A DNA stretch of 63,927 nt, filler included, from Olpidium bornovanus S191 (GCA_017911155.1; 30 parts of 30 records of this genome joined end to end with filler, not necessarily neighbours in it), one strand, 5' to 3'. Shown: positions 1-12,300, counted from the whole stretch's first letter. Numbers and translations: made by a program. Notes: a model not told the origin generated them from the sequence alone.

Positions 1-787
1 CTATGCTTCGATGCAAGCAACGATATATTCAATCCCCGCGTAAAAAAAGTGCCGTCCAGTACTCTCCGGGACTTTCACCTCGGAGTGTGACGTGAACAGC
101 GGCGGGCAGTTCCTTCCATGCCATTTTGTGCAGGTCGTATCTCTAGAACCGGGGGCCGATTTTGAGGGGATATGCCAATGTGCCAACACTGCCGGTCATG
201 GCTGGCAAACCCGATACATGGCAAGGAACGACTGTCACCGGGGTCAACGTGGCGCTGGTAAGAAGCAGGTGGCATCCCGGGAAGAGTTTGGACGTCCTGC
301 TGGGATTGAAGCCAAAAGTTTTCCTGGCAAGGGCCCCCTAACTGCGCAAGCCAAACGGGAAGGTGCTTTTTTCGTCTGCAGCGGTACTTCAGGATTTGAT
401 GACGGCATGGAATCCTGTGTCCTGCCCGGCTGATAATTCCTGTCGTCACCGTGGATGTTGTCTTGATCCGACATGGAAAAAGACGGTACGCCTTTAACGG
501 CCACGGGGATTAGCCAGTGAGACGCAGAGGCGGTCCCCGGAGCCAGCATTAATGTGACGAAAGCGGCGGACTGGCGGCCCCTAGAGTGGAGCCCGACTTC
601 CGTACATGCGTGCAATCAGGAAACGGTCGCTTCGGGAACCGGGGTTCCTCGACCGCGCTCTCGGTCATGGGAAAAGGGCGGGGACGGGGGGCGTTCCCTG
701 GCGCCTTTTGTGCGCTGCGAATCACAGAAATCTCGAACGGCCGGAGCAACCCAGACCGCAGGCCCCGTGAGCCGACAAAGCAAACGG

Positions 788-2558
788 ATGGAAGCCGAAC
801 GTCAGACGCCGCCGGCGACCGCGCCAAACTCGCTGTGCGCCGTCTCGTCCTCCTCCTCTCCCGCGGTTCCTGAACCAAGCCAGTTGCGCGTCAGCCCATG
901 GTCCGGTTTCCACAAGAAGCCCCTCGGTGTGCGCCGTAAGCAGCTAGCGGCGGCGTTTCCCCATCTGTTCCTCCCGCCGCGGCACGGCCTGCAACCAACG
1001 CCGCCGCGGACTGCGGAATTTGCGAACCCGAGGTCCGTGAGGGGAAATGCCACCGAAACAGCCCGCCAGAGGCACGATCGTCCGGACAGTGCGTTTTTCC
1101 CGCGAAACGCGACGAAAGAACGGCACACACCGACGCGCCTCGTCCTCCGCGTTTACCTCACAGTTGCCAGGTGCGACAGGCCGGCGGCGGCGTTAAATGC
1201 CAGAGCGGACGCCACGAACCTGTTGCCGTAGCCGGGGAACCCGGAAATGCCCAGCTGAACGACGACGATTTCCCGATCCGAGGGCTGGACATCCGAATCG
1301 CAGATATCATGGTGGAGAACTGCATTGGGTGCGTCGTTCCGGCCACCCGACGACCTTTGTGACGCCGGACGCCCTTTGGGAAACCGTCCCGAGTTTATTC
1401 CTTTGGTGCGAACGATTTATTCTGACGCGTTTTGTCCGGTTTGCCCGTCGAAAAAAGGACCGTTGGTTTACCGGTCGGGTTGGCGCTGAATTTTGTCATC
1501 AACGGGAAAGCAAGGATCATCCCTATGGCCATTGAAGAGCCGTCAGTGGTTGCTGCTGTTTCGGGTGCAGCGAAGACGATCTGCGGCGGGGTCAATGACG
1601 GGCAGGGCTTCCGCGCCGTCGCGAAGGAACGCAACCTCGCCACCGCCCAGGTTCTTCTGCTTGATCTGGACGGGTCCGCGATAGCAAGGGCCTTGGATAA
1701 GGTGGGGACGCCGATGCGTTCCTTGGATCGGACCCGGTGGCGATCGACTATATTGCAGGCACCGTCCTGATGGCCTCCGATCGACATTCGGCCCACTTGT
1801 CAGTTAAAGGAAAGCTCGGACGAGGTTATCCGACGGGCTAACGCACTCATCCCAAGCATGGTGGCACGCGGGGGCGGGGTCACGGACATCGAAGTGCGCC
1901 GCGTACAGCGTCCGCTCCGAAGGGAAGGGTCGCGACTGTTGGCGAAGCGTGCGGCGGCGCCGGACGAAGCGAGGGTTGAGTGGCTCGTGGTGCACTTGCA
2001 CGTCGACGTGTGCGAAGCGATGGGCGCAAACTGCGTGACCGCCGTCGCGGAAGGCATTGCGCCGCTTCTGTGCTCGCTAACAGGCGCAAGAGCTGGACCG
2101 AGGATCGTGTCGAACTTGAGCACCGAGAGGATGACGAAAGTAGGGAAAGACCAAGAAATTATAGGTGTGGGGGAAGGCGACCGAGGAGCCCTTCTGCCAG
2201 ATACATCAAAGGCCACTCGCTCCTTTTTTTTTCTTTGTTTCTTTTCTTTTTTCGGCCCCCCGACGCCCCTTCTTGGCGGCTTCCAGTTTTTGACATCGAC
2301 CAGGCGTCCTTCCGCCTCCCCGTGCCGATGCTAGCCTACAAGTCGATCCCGGGCCCTGAAATTGCCCGGAGGATCATCGAAGCGTATGAATGGGCAGAAT
2401 TTGACCCGTTCCGCGCCGCGACGCACAACAAGGGGGTCATGAACGGCGTGGAGGCCGTGGCCGTCGCCACCGGGCAGGACTGGAGGGCGATCTCTGCCGC
2501 GGCCCACGCGTGGGCCTCCCTGAACGACCACCGCGGCGACAGGGGTGGCGGCGAGGGC
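788..2558 (+). CDS. mvaA: Class II (prokaryote-type) HMG-CoA reductase, spliced, 3' truncated by gap
   Basis: Exons encode WSGFHKKPL, IADIMVENCIG, LPVGLALNFVINGKARIIPMAIEEPSVVAAVSGAAK, VDVCEAMGANCV, RIVSNL and DPFRAATHNKGVMNGVEAVAVATGQDWRA, all class II HMGR motifs. They are separated by GT-AG introns (about 1330-1458, 1701-1803, 2141-2303). Start ATG at 788 is a best guess. Confidence 0.92.
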
Positions 2559-2658
2559 NNNNNNNNNNNNNNNNNNNNNNNNNNNNNNNNNNNNNNNNNN
2601 NNTTAATTAATTAANNNNNNNNNNNNNNNNNNNNNNNNNNNNNNNNNNNNNNNNNNNN
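2559..2658. other. Artificial contig spacer N44-TTAATTAATTAA-N44 (first of 29)
   Basis: The same 100-bp structure recurs at about 4345, 5653, 9277, 12835, 14166, 16442, 19001, 22075, 23675, 25920, 28881, 30723, 31956, 33576, 35413, 36999, 39933, 41163, 42511, 46606, 48137, 51261, 53620, 55725, 57908, 59308, 61435 and 62816. The 12-mer gives stops in all six frames. Confidence 0.98.
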
Positions 2659-2857
2659 CCATGGGTGCACTGCATTACACTAATTGATGACGCCGTTTCC
2701 GAAATCGTCCCCTTCGGTAAACTCAGAGTTGCCCTCACGCAGCCGGAAGAGCTCGACGGTAAGCGGCGGTATGCACCCGTCAGTAATCACCTGATATCGG
2801 GAGGTTAACAGCAACGCCTGTTTTCCAGGGTACACCAGCAGCGAACTCGGCACAGTA

Positions 2858-4323
2858 TTGCTTGCCGTAATACGACATTATCCCGAAAACATCCTGGACG
2901 CCCACTTCCGCCGCGAGGCGGGCCGCGCTTTCAAAACGGGTGGGAACCGTCGCCTGGTCAGAGGCGGGCGCGGATACGAGGCGAATGTGAAGCTGGGGAT
3001 GGGTCTGCAGACGTGCGGTGGGTGGTTGGTGATTCGCGTTTACGTGCTTTGTGCAAAACTGGTAATGTGGACCTGAACCTGACACATTCGCCCGATACGC
3101 CCGATTCTTTCGCTTTTACCCAGAAATTTGGAACGCGATCATGGAGCATTTCGCGCAGCTTTCCGAGCACAGCGTCGAAGTTCTGGAGCATGTTTCCGAG
3201 GGTCTGACACTGGCGCTCACGCCTCATCCGGATGTCAGGATCGGCACGGACCCAGACATGGAACCGAGAACAGCTCTTCAGTGTGTGCGGTGGGGCGATA
3301 GAGCCCTGACGCCGACGGAGGCAATCGACCTGGTGGATCGAGTGACGGCGTCCAAGCCGACAGACAGCTGTCTTCACTTGGTGGAAGGGGTCTGTTGGTG
3401 GAGGGCGGTGTTTTCTTAGAGCGTTTTGAAAAGCGAATGCGGCAACGCGGATTGGTCGGCCCGTGACCACTTTTGACAGGAAACAACGTTGCATTAATTT
3501 GCAGCTGTTGCTGGCTCCGGATCGCATGGTCCTCGAAGCTTTGCTTCGCAATCGTCGGGGCGGACAGGGGTCGCCGGACGCCGTCCAGAGCTCCGGGCTG
3601 CTTGTAGATGTCGCCAATGCCATAGTAAAGACGGTGTGCTCACTACCTGGCGGCGCAGGGATTCGGACGCTCCTCGAAGCCGTAGTTGACACCGAAATAG
3701 CTGACGTTGGTAAGAACTAAGCGATTGCTCCCTTGCCGAAGCGCAGGTTGATCCCCCCCCCCGCCGTTGAAGTCCGCCAAATCCGCTGACTCACCGTCAT
3801 TTTAGGTCAGCGGATTGACGTTCTGTTTCGCAACGACAGTCTGCGATCCAAGATTCTGACCTCGGCCCTCCTTCGGCAACCGTCGTCGAAGAGATGGCTG
3901 CGGCGAGTGTTGGGTCCACCTCTGGAGACCTTGATCAGGGCGCCGCCGAACACGTTCGAGGTTGACGACACGACGGCGGAAACGAAGAATGGCGGGAAAC
4001 GCCGAACCCACGTCCGCCGGGCCTCCGCAGAGAAAAATCTGCTGGCCCTTCTCGACGCCGTGATCGAATGCCTCGAATTTGCCTTTGCTGGTCGGGGCCC
4101 CCAGTCGCCCCGCTCCGTGCGCGCCGTCTGCAGCCTGGTGAAGGAGAGAACAGACAAGGCATTTCCCGGGTTGGGCGATCAAGCGCTCGTGACTGTCTTC
4201 GTTGTTCGCGGGATTGCTGCGGGCATGATCACCCCCTACTCGTCAGGACTTTTGCGTGGTACCATAAATTTGTTGGAAAAGTTTCGACCGCGTTCCGACG
4301 TTGTAGGCGGTACAGGGTCTTGA
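2858..4323 (+). CDS. RasGAP-domain protein, partial, spliced
   Basis: LLEAVVDTEIADV, then intron 3710-3807, then QRIDVLFRNDSLRSKILTS (arginine-finger FRxNS-like), WLRRVLGPPLETLI, FEVD, NLLALLDAVIECL, PRSVRAVCSLVKERTDKAFP and VFVVRGIAAGMITP. This follows the RasGAP domain layout. Upstream exons are uncertain. Confidence 0.75.
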
Positions 4324-4444
4324 CGCCAGCAATTGCTCAGGTCCNNNNNNNNNNNNNNNNNNNNNNNNNNNNNNNNNNNNNNNNNNNNTTAATTAATTAA
4401 NNNNNNNNNNNNNNNNNNNNNNNNNNNNNNNNNNNNNNNNNNNN

Positions 4445-5430
4445 CATGCCGCTGCGGGAGATGCAGGACTTTCTCATCGAATGTTCCCGGGTCGACCCTT
4501 CGTGTGTGGTGCGGCGAGTGAGTCAAAACGGGGCAACAAAAAAACAAATAATAACAGCGCTTGTCCTCGTCCGGATTCTTCCCCGGCCCCGGCCCTTTTA
4601 GACACACGGGAGTTTTTTTTTTCTTTTTTTACGCGTGTTTCGTGACTGTGTTTTCCCCTCGACTTTTTCGTGCAGGTCGCGCTGGAGGGTTTGATCAGCA
4701 TATGCGCCCGCGACGAAAAGTTTGATCCGGGGTCGTACGGCGCGTGCACGGTGATGCTTAAGGATGAAGATGACGGAAACAGGATGAAAGCTTTGGAGCT
4801 GCTCGGGGGCGTGTTTCTCGCGCGTTTTGCACTGCCGTGCTACGGCGGTCCAAACCCCGCCGTCACCTCCTCCGAGCTGGTGAATGACCCCCATCCTCCA
4901 CATACACACGCACCCTCTCCGCGCGCGGTAGTCTCCTGAACTCCAAGTTCCCCAGGGCCATCGTCCGCCCATCGCCGTCATCGCTCGCCTCCATGTGGCT
5001 CTCCGAGGACGCCTTCCTGAGGTTCTGCGAAGCGGTGACCGACCTCAGCCCCGCCGTGCGGGAGGCCGCGTGCGGACGCCTCGCCGGCTTCGCCGGCTTC
5101 TCCGTTCTCAAGGAGGACTTGGTGCTGCAGACCCTGCTGAAGACGCCGTCGGCCGCCACGGGGGCCGGCGCCGCCGTCCAGATTTCGCACGCCGCTCAAG
5201 GCGCGCTCACCCACGGCCTGGAGGACGAGGTGCAGGGGGTGCGGATGGCTACCATAGGTGGGATGGTTTTTTTTTCCGTGGGCTTGACGGGGAGAAAGGC
5301 GATCCCCGCAGAATAAGCTCTCGCGTCTGACAGAAAAAAAAAATAAAAACGAAAAAAAAGACGCTATATGCGCCTTGTGCAGGGGGTCCGAGCGGTTCAG
5401 GGACAATGCGCGCAACATGCTTTGGTCGTC
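4445..5430 (+). CDS. INTS4: Integrator complex subunit 4 homolog (HEAT repeats), internal fragment
   Basis: DPSCVVRR/VALEGL, EDAFLRFCEAVTDLSPAVREAACGRL, LVLQTLLK and GALTHGLEDEVQGVRMATI/DAICAL are colinear with INTS4 motifs (DDAFGKICHMVSD, QTLDKK, GAFVHGLEDEMYEVRIAAV). Confidence 0.85.
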
Positions 5431-6778
5431 GCGACGCCCGGTTATTCTAGACACGGGATGTGAAAAGGAGACGGTTGGCAAGTCCGAAAAGGTGCGGCGC
5501 GAACAGGTCATTAAATCAATCCCGGCCGCCACCTTCCTTTCCCGCACACTCTTCCTGCCGCTGCAGGGCCGGCAAATCTCTTTTGTGGCAACGGGCCCCG
5601 CGCAGACGCACACGTTCCCGAAGAAAGGAGAGGAAAAAAAACTCACTGGCGANNNNNNNNNNNNNNNNNNNNNNNNNNNNNNNNNNNNNNNNNNNNTTAA
5701 TTAATTAANNNNNNNNNNNNNNNNNNNNNNNNNNNNNNNNNNNNNNNNNNNNACACGCCTAACCTGCTTACTGCTTCTCACCGCGGCGCAAATTTACCGG
5801 CGATAATGCTGCCGGCATTCCCTCGGTCGTCCCTTGATTGCATTGGTGTGTGTCTGCCGCAGGGAAGTACATGTTATGGGCGGGCGGGGCGGAAAAGGGG
5901 GCGGGGCGCAAACTAGCTGCGGATGTCAGAAACATCTCGCAGAAAAAAACTTATCTAACATATCAACATCACCATCTTGATGGTGGCCAGCGAAGCAGAT
6001 CTTAGAAATAGTTACCTCAATCGACAACCACCCCCGGCCCTTCCCCCGGTCTCCGCCCCACCGGATCTGTCCACTAGGCTCACAAAGTTTCGCGAGATGG
6101 TAAGGCATTGGGCGCCATTTGATCTGACCCGGCCGTCGGCAACAACGACAACGCCGTGGATAGAGGCCGCATTTAGATGAACCCGAAGCACCGTCGTCGC
6201 TCACTGCGTCACAACTACTTCTCACGACCGTTTGACGGCAGTTTGCGACGCTGAATTTGACATATCCCCCCCCCCCCCCCACCCCCCAATTTCCGGCACA
6301 CACGCGCGTCGGAAAACCCTCCGCCAGCGTCGCCGCCTTTAAACCCCACGTATCGCTGCCGGTGCTCCGCGTTCGGTCGTCAAACTTTGGTCTTGTGCCT
6401 GTCATCTAGAGTGTCCGCGGGCGTCGGCCGCGCGCCTTTGCTCTCTGGCTGTTGTGTTCTCTGGTGGGGGGGGGCGGTGGTTATCCCGGAAAGAAAAAAA
6501 AAATTGATTGTGTCCGATTACCCGGCCCCCCCCCTCCCCCCCAATCCCCCCCTCCGCGGCCGCCGAACACTCTTCCAGACACCCCCGGCACGAGTTCCCC
6601 GTTGCCGTCGCCTTCCCACGCGGCCGGACTCGCTCCCCCGCGCCGCGTTGCCACGCCGAGCCCCGCCAAGTCGCGGTTGCGCGGCGCTCTCCCACCCCGG
6701 GCGCCGCCCCGTTACTGCTCCGCTCCGCTTACGACAGCCGGTCTCCGTTGTTCTCTTCAAAAGGATATCACCGTCAAG

Positions 6779-7779
6779 ATGTTGGGCGACGGCGTGAGTG
6801 CTTGCGCCGGCCCTCCGCAGGTGGGCGACTGAGCCCGCCGATCTAACGCGGCTTCTCCGCCGCGCCCCTTCGCCACCTCCCCCCATCTCCACTACCCCAT
6901 TCTCCACAGGTTTTGTTCTTGGTGTCTGTGGTCATATCAGCTTTGCTACTTTTCGGGACGGTATTTTTCGTCATCATGCTGAGCGACCTGGAGAGCGACT
7001 ACATCAACCCGATAGACTTATGCAATAAGCTGAACCAGGTGGACATTGGAGACGATGAGCCCGGCGCAGGCCTGGATAATACCCGGCGGAGGACTTGCTG
7101 GAGGCGTTGCACCACTGACTTCTCTTCGTGCGGGATCGCGCCGCACCAAAGTGGATATCTGACGCGGCTCCCCGGAAAACGTCGTTGGCTTTTAGTTTGT
7201 CGTACCAGAGATGGGTGTCCACGGGTTCCTCTTTGTCCTCTTGCTTGTGAACGGAAGCTGGTTTGCCGTTTTGCTTACCCTGCCGCTTCTAGCGTACAAC
7301 GTCGACAAGTAAGGGCTGCCGGATTCATGCCTGGTTTTTGCTGGCGCCGAGATGGCCCGCAGAAAAGGAGTTCCGAAGTGGTCTGTGTTGTTAGTTGCTA
7401 ACTCTCAAAATATTTTCGCGGTGGTCCACCGTCTGCTCGTGCAAGGATTCGGAGTAACCGACACGTCTACGATGCGACAGAAATTTTCCGCACGCTGCCA
7501 CAACACAAGAAAGAATCTTTCATAAAACGTGAGTTTGGCCCTGGCGGACTCGGCTAGCCGTCGGGCGCCGTAGCACCGCGAGACCCTGGCTTACGTTTGT
7601 ATTCCAACTTTCCGCAGTTGGATTTTATCTTCTGTTGTTCTTTTTCTCGTTGTACCGGTAAGTACGCGGACGAAAACAGGCACGCGTTTTTTCCGTTCGC
7701 CGCAAAGTGGGAGCTTATTGAAATTTCGCTCTTTTTTTTCTCGTTAAGAATGGTCTCTGGTCTGCTGGCGGTCAGTTGA
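6779..7779 (+). CDS. ERV14: Cornichon/Erv14 ER cargo receptor, apparently complete, about 6 exons
   Basis: MLGDG / VLFLVSVVISALLLFGTVFFVIMLSDLESDYINPIDLCNKLNQ / FVVPEMGVHGFLF...LPLLAYNVDK / HVYDATEIFRTLPQHKKESFIK / GFYLLLFFFSLYR / MVSGLLAVS*. Contains the DLESDYINPI and DATEIF signatures. Confidence 0.93.
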
Positions 7780-8744
7780 ATGCAATATCACAGGAAATTC
7801 GAAAAAAAAGATTTGACGGTTTGGGAACTGTTCGAAGCTTACCCGTTGGCCTTTGCTGGATGCCGGTTCGGGGATGCGTCAGTTGCGCATATCGAGGCAC
7901 GTTTCGTTATTACTTCGACGCTCTGATCCGCATTGAAACCGCGGTGTTTTGCTCGGGAAACGTTTTTGTTGCGGCCGCCAATTCCTTCCGGCGTAATGTG
8001 GGGCGTGCGGGCACGCGCCGCACTTCCGCAACCATCCATTGCCACCCTCTTTAACCAATAATCAGCCGTATGCAATCGATACCTCGCAAGAAGCAGATGG
8101 GATATCCCAAAAAAATCTACGTAGTAGAAATGCTGAAAGTCTTCAAAAGTGCAAATTGTCGAGGACTTGGCAGAGCAGAAAACAGTCTAAAACTTGCACC
8201 ACCGTCATGTATCTGTTGGATGGTAGAGCGCAGCGAATCCAGGCCCCATAACGGCGAGGCCGACTAACGACGGCGAGGCAGAGCAAAGCAGCTATATAGA
8301 ATTTGCGAAAATGATCAAGTTCCGTGTGTGCGCGGAGCGATTCGAAATGGTCCAACGAAATCTTGCCTTCCATGTTGCTGCGACTTCTCGTTTATGCTTC
8401 CCTGAATTTCCTTTTGTTTGATTCGTTCATAGCTGGCGGTTCGAGGGAGGCAGAAGTTCTGCGGGCTGGGGGGCCTGTTCCTTGGGGAAGTCCGCGTCCG
8501 GGTGCCACCTCGAGCCCTCATCGGTTTTTTTTCTTGCGGCGGCGGCGGTGAAGAGGGAGACGACGGAACCGTTGACAGAAACGGCGGACAAAAAGAGAAA
8601 CCGGCTTGCCCGGTGTTCTTTTTTGTAATGTTTTTTTTGTCACAATGAGACGGCCAATGCGTCTATCGTGCGGCCGTGGGAAAGGGTGTCTTGCCGTACC
8701 GCGCGCGGAGCGTCGCTTTAGGATCTTTTTCTACCCTCCCAAAT

Positions 8745-9276
8745 GAAACACAAAAACCAAAAAAAGGATGCAAATACATTTAGTCTAGGTTCAAATCATA
8801 ATATAAATAATATTAGGTTACACATATCTATAGTGATTAGTTTAGTGATTGCAAATCTATCTATCCACTATAAATTAGTTTAGTGCAAATACAATGCATT
8901 TAGCTACGATACGATTACATTTAGTAAGTGTAAATCTTACACCTGAGGTATAGAGCATCAGAGAGAATCTTGTGCGTTCAACTATTATAATGGTATATTA
9001 TTAAATACTATAGCTATTGGTTTATATATATTGACTTCTATAGTAGCTAAATATTAAATATTATTAATGTGTAGGCTATTATTTATATATACTGTAATAG
9101 TATCACATATACCACTCACTAAAGATGAGGTATTAAATTATAGCTGATAACTAATTACATGTAATTATACTACAAATAATTATTTAATAATCTATTAATT
9201 TATATAATACCATTAATCCTGTATTATAATTATTAGTGCAATACTAATAACTTAACTTAAAATAAATGCAGTATTC
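8745..9276. other. Strongly AT-rich, TpA-rich non-coding island
   Basis: Abrupt switch from GC-rich flank to sequence dominated by TA, TAG and TAA words with very few CG. No ORF is listed here in the six-frame track. Confidence 0.8.
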
Positions 9277-9376
9277 NNNNNNNNNNNNNNNNNNNNNNNN
9301 NNNNNNNNNNNNNNNNNNNNTTAATTAATTAANNNNNNNNNNNNNNNNNNNNNNNNNNNNNNNNNNNNNNNNNNNN

Positions 9377-12300
9377 GCATGCCCAGGCGCCGGCCTCTCC
9401 CGCTCTTCGGCGGAGGCCGCGGCGCGGTTTTGTACGACCATATTCCAATGTCCGCCGCCGTCTCCTGCCGCCGCATCGCCAGCTGCGCCTGGCGAGGGTT
9501 GTACTGACGGAAAGAAAAAATAAAAAAAGAAAAAACGTCTTGGAGGACGTGTTCTTTGCGTGCTCTTCCCGGGAATCGGCAATCAGTTAGAACACCGGGG
9601 ACTCACAATCGGACGCGGTCGACGAGCATCGTTTCGCACTGCGGAACTGCAACACGCGGCAGAATCCAAGGGGGCAAAGTGAAAATGAAACACGGAACGA
9701 AACGCATTTTGCGCGCGTCGGCCGGGGATCGATTTCGCGAACGGCTTTTTTTTGCCGCACAAATAAAAAACCACTCACAACTCGTTGAAGCGCACGCCTT
9801 CCCTGGGCATCGCGCGCACGGGAACACGCGGCTAGACAACATTCGCGCGAGATAAAAACCGCTCGTTCGCAATTACAACTTTCTTATTTTTTATTTGTTC
9901 GTAACGTCTCGGTCCGGTCAAAACAAAAAAAAAACACGAAAACAAAGGCTGAAACTGGATATGGAGGCGCGAGGCCCTCTGTTTCTCACCGTCGTGTCCG
10001 CAATGTCCGGGGTGCCGAAATTTGGAAATTTCTGAAATTCGCCGCCGAAAATCATCTTTCGCAGGAAAACGGGCTTCACTTCGCGCTCCGCCCTTATGTC
10101 TTGCAAAGCGGGACGGAATATAAAAAGACAGTAAGGAACGAAGCGGTGAGTTGGTTGCGCCGCGTAATCACAGATTGCTTTGGTCGGAGAAATTGTGGCA
10201 AAAAACGATTGCTTTCGGTTGTTCCCTTCCCCTCTTCCCCCCCCCCGAATAAGACGCGCGACGGGGGGGGGCGGGGAAAGTTCCGGGCAGGGTCGTTTTG
10301 GGGCACCTTTCGCAATCTTGAAGTGCTCCGAAGGGATGAAATGCAAGACTTCCCCTTCCCTGTGCGATCCTTGGCGGAGATATTCGGGTATTTCCTCTTC
10401 AACGTATTCCCAGTCGTCCGCGTCTTCCGCCTCTTTTCCGTTTTTTGCAAATTCCCCGCGGGGTTATTTATATAACCCATAATTAGAACTTCCGAAAATC
10501 CGTGTAATATCCCTGGCCTGCCCGCCAATATTGTTAGAATCATATCCTTTGGCACCGGGGTGCACTCACGGCTTGTTCCAATTCCCCCGGTGATCACGTC
10601 CGGCAGCCCGCGGCTTCCTCTGGAGGCGACGTCGCGGGCCTCGGCGGTGCCGACCCACCGCTGGGCGCCGGAAACTGGCGCGGAAGAAGAGGCGTCGAAG
10701 GCGTGGTAGTCCCGGGCGTTGAGGACGACGGCCGTCTTGGCGGCGTACTGCGGGTCAACAGGGCGGTACCCGACGTCCCGCATGTACCCGTTGACGTTGC
10801 CGCCCTGCCGGATGAGGTTGAACAGCAGGTCCGCCCGGTTTTTGGCCGCGACCGCGCTCAGCAGGTCTTCCGGCCGGAACTGGCTGTTCAGCAGCAGCCG
10901 CAGGAACTGCCGCGGCTGCACGTCGTGCCGCGCCATGTTTTCCCGGAGCTGCGCGCGGTCGATGTCCTTGTGCTGGTCCAGGAGCGTGTCTATGAACGAA
11001 GGAAGAATCGCGCCGTGGGCCAACAATTGGCGCAGCTCCTCGAGAGTGACTTCTGCACGTTTCCGTAAACATCACGCAAAAAATAAAAAAGGAAGTAGGG
11101 CCGAGAGCCGGATATTGGTACGTCGGGTTCAGAACCTCCAAAATTCTGGCGGGTCACGAGGGTCTGACGGGCTCACTGGTCGTCTCCGGTCTCTCGGCGA
11201 AGGAGACCGCCGGTTTCTCCGCGGCCGCTTTAGTCTCCGGCAGTTCTTCCTTTTTTCCCGCTTCGCCCGCCGCCATTGTCGCCGCCTGCTGGGACTGGAA
11301 TCGCGTGTGACACGAACTCCGTGTGAACGTTTTTTTTTTTTTACGCCCCTGGCAGCGCCGAAACACCCGACGAGGAAAAAAGGCGACCGGGGGGGAGGGG
11401 GGGGCGGGGGGGGGCGAACCCTTTGGCTCGCGACGGCTTTCTCGTAAGCCTCTTCGATCCGCTGCAGATCCTCGTCGGCCTTCTCCCTCCTGCAAGCCAG
11501 GGGGGTTTGCGAAAATGTTGTCGCGTCAGTAACGAGACGCGCGTAAGACCCTGCTCCCCGTTGATGAAACGCTAAAGCGCGCGCGTGCCCACGTGCCAAT
11601 AGTCCGGAACGTCGTCTTCCTTCGTGTGCGCCTCGATGTCGAGGATCTGCCAAAGCGCGGGAGCCGCGTCAGCCGTAATCCAACGGTAGCGGGGGAGGAG
11701 GAGGAGGAGGAGGGGGACTGCCAGGCCCTGCGTCTGCGGTCAATATTCCTTTTTCATTCCCTTTTTTTTTGGTCGTTATGAAATCGTTTTACTCACCAAG
11801 AGGCGGTTCGCGCAGCAGCAGAAAAGCTCGTTGGAGTTGCTCAGCCGGAGGTGCGTGACCGCGGACGGCATGTTGATCTGAAACAGGAGATTCCCCAGCC
11901 GCGTCGACCAGATGCGGCACGTGCAATCCATGGACCCGGTCACGACCATGCTTATTTTACGCGAAGACCGTTTTTTTTTTCGCCCCGAAAAATGCGTCGC
12001 GGAGAAAGTTTCAAGGATCAACCGCCTGTTTTTTTTTGTTACGCCGACCGGCGCAAAAGCGGCGGCAGACTTTGTTCGTACTCTGACTCTCTCGTGAAGC
12101 CGCAGCAAAAGACAGGGGCTTCGTGCCTCAACGTGTGCCGCAGATCCGCGTGGTACGGCTCTTGAACGTCGACCTGTGATCGACAAACATTTGACCAAAC
12201 GTTCGGGGTTGCGCTTTTTTTTTTCTCCCGCCTGATTATCGTGAGGCCAATTTATTGAAACTACACCCGCAACACGGGGCTCACCTCGCCCAACATCACC

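Noticed and set aside
1-560. Several overlapping 60-124 aa ORFs
   Set aside because: No recognisable motif or splice pattern; consistent with chance ORFs in GC-rich DNA.
2603-2614. TTAATTAATTAA repeated at regular gap positions, superficially like an array repeat
   Set aside because: Always centred in 88 Ns; it is an artificial six-frame-stop linker, not a CRISPR or biological repeat.
5926-6405. 159-aa minus-strand ORF with PGQIKW/SGQIRW similarity
   Set aside because: Crosses a poly-C run, has no family match I can support, and the repeat is too short to be meaningful.
8143-8373. Possible exon DHFESLRAHTELDHFRKFYIAALLCL
   Set aside because: No supporting neighbouring exons or family recognition.
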